From Macrostomum lignano (lineage: Eukaryota): a stretch of DNA of 64,000 bases. Below, piece by piece: positions 62,801 to 64,000 of the stretch. Under the pieces are notes generated by a model. That model had not been told where the DNA came from, did no database searches, and was given only the letters and a program-made list of their open reading frames with translations. The position numbers were made by a program, and so were the translations under genes. Position 1 is the first letter of the stretch, and each line of letters starts with the position of its first letter. Location: assembly GCA_002269645.1 (NCBI GenBank), contig NIVC01002374.1, positions 115,628 to 179,627 of the forward strand. Direction: 5' to 3'.

Positions 62801-63139
62801 TGCCAAAAATCTTGAATACCAAAAATCATGTACGCCGAAAATTGTAGTATACCGTATTAGATACTATTTTTAAATAAATTTTCTACTTACGTTAAACAAA
62901 GTTTATATAGAAAAAGGAAATTCGCTTCAAAGAACATAGTGAGTATCAAAAACTTTTTCTTCACATTTCAAGAAACAAATAAACTAAAAGTCTACAAGAG
63001 TCACAAAATAAGAGCGTTTAAAAGTTATTAGATATTTTAATTTTAATGTTGGCTAGTAGAGTGTAGGCCTGGACTGTACGCATTTGTTTCCCATTGATAT
63101 TCGCATTGATATTCGAATTTTAACAAAAGCAAAATACTA

Positions 63140-64000
63140 AAAGCAACCCGTAGCATGAAACTTTACACAGAGTAAACTGCAACCGCGAAACGACTATTGG
63201 TCAAGTTTCAGCTCGATATGTAACTTTGGCTCTGAGCAGGAGCGATTTTCGATGTGTTCCATTTAAATACATGTGATTCCAAAATTCGTATTGATATTCG
63301 AGTACAGGTACTTCTGCTTCACTGATCTTGACGAAACTTTACACAGAGTAAACTGCAACCGTGAAACGACTATTGGTCAAGTTTCAGCTCGATATGTAAC
63401 TTTGGCTCTGAGCAGGAGCGATTTTCGATGTGTTCCATTTAAAATACATGTGATTCCAAAATTCGTATTGATATTCGAGTACAGGTACTTCTGCTTCACT
63501 GATCTTGACGAAACTTTACACAGAGTAAACTGCAACCGTGAAACGACTATTGGTCAAGTTTCAGCTCGATATGTAACTTTGGCTCTGAGCAGGAGCGATT
63601 TTCGATGTGTTCCATTTAAAATACATGTGATTCCAAAATTCATATTGATATTCGAGTACAGGTACTTCTGCTTCACTGATCTTGACGAAACTTTACACAG
63701 AGTAAACTGCAACCGTGAAACGACTATTGGTCAAGTTTCAGCGCTCGATATGTTAACTTTGGCTCTGAGCAGGAGCGATTTTCGATGTGTTCCATTTAAA
63801 ATACATGTGATTCCAAAATTCGTATTGATATTCGAGTACAGGTACTTCTGCTTCACTGATCTTGACGAAACTTTACACAGAGTAAACTGCAACCGTGAAA
63901 CGACTATTGGTCAAGTTTCAGCTCGATATGTAACTTTGGCTCTGAGCAGGAGCGATTTTCGATGTGTTCCATTTAAAATACATGTGATTCCAAAATTCGT
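63140..64000. repeat. 177-bp satellite array running off the window end
   Basis: acaggtactt recurs at 63304, 63481 and 63658; copies are nearly identical. Confidence 0.96.

Overview
Eukaryotic, intron-rich and very repeat-rich DNA. GC-rich exons, AT-rich intergenic DNA and minisatellite-filled introns suggest a free-living flatworm, probably Macrostomum (inference, not verified). Three spliced genes were reconstructed by hand with frame-consistent splice sites: (1) a 7-exon mei-P26/nhl-2-type TRIM-NHL gene on the minus strand (21203-14290, ~936 aa); (2) an unassigned 4-exon type I membrane protein with signal peptide, LRR/LRRCT-like ectodomain and TM helix on the plus strand (35351-46869, ~872 aa); (3) a 6-exon IVNS1ABP/NS1-BP-like BTB-BACK-Kelch gene on the minus strand (56935-50296) with a 1-nt frameshift and one GC-AG intron. 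Mobile DNA includes a TIR element with a perfect 8-bp TSD and a spliced, decayed transposase-like gene (29990-32526), a decayed RTE-like LINE, a tRNA-derived SINE family, MULE-like and hAT-like MITEs with exact TSDs, a Helitron-like element and two LTR remnants. There are also two isolated copies of the 28S rRNA R2-target segment and about 20 distinct tandem arrays. Most long ORFs in the supplied track are artefacts of these arrays. No CRISPR array, full rRNA gene or bona fide tRNA gene was found.
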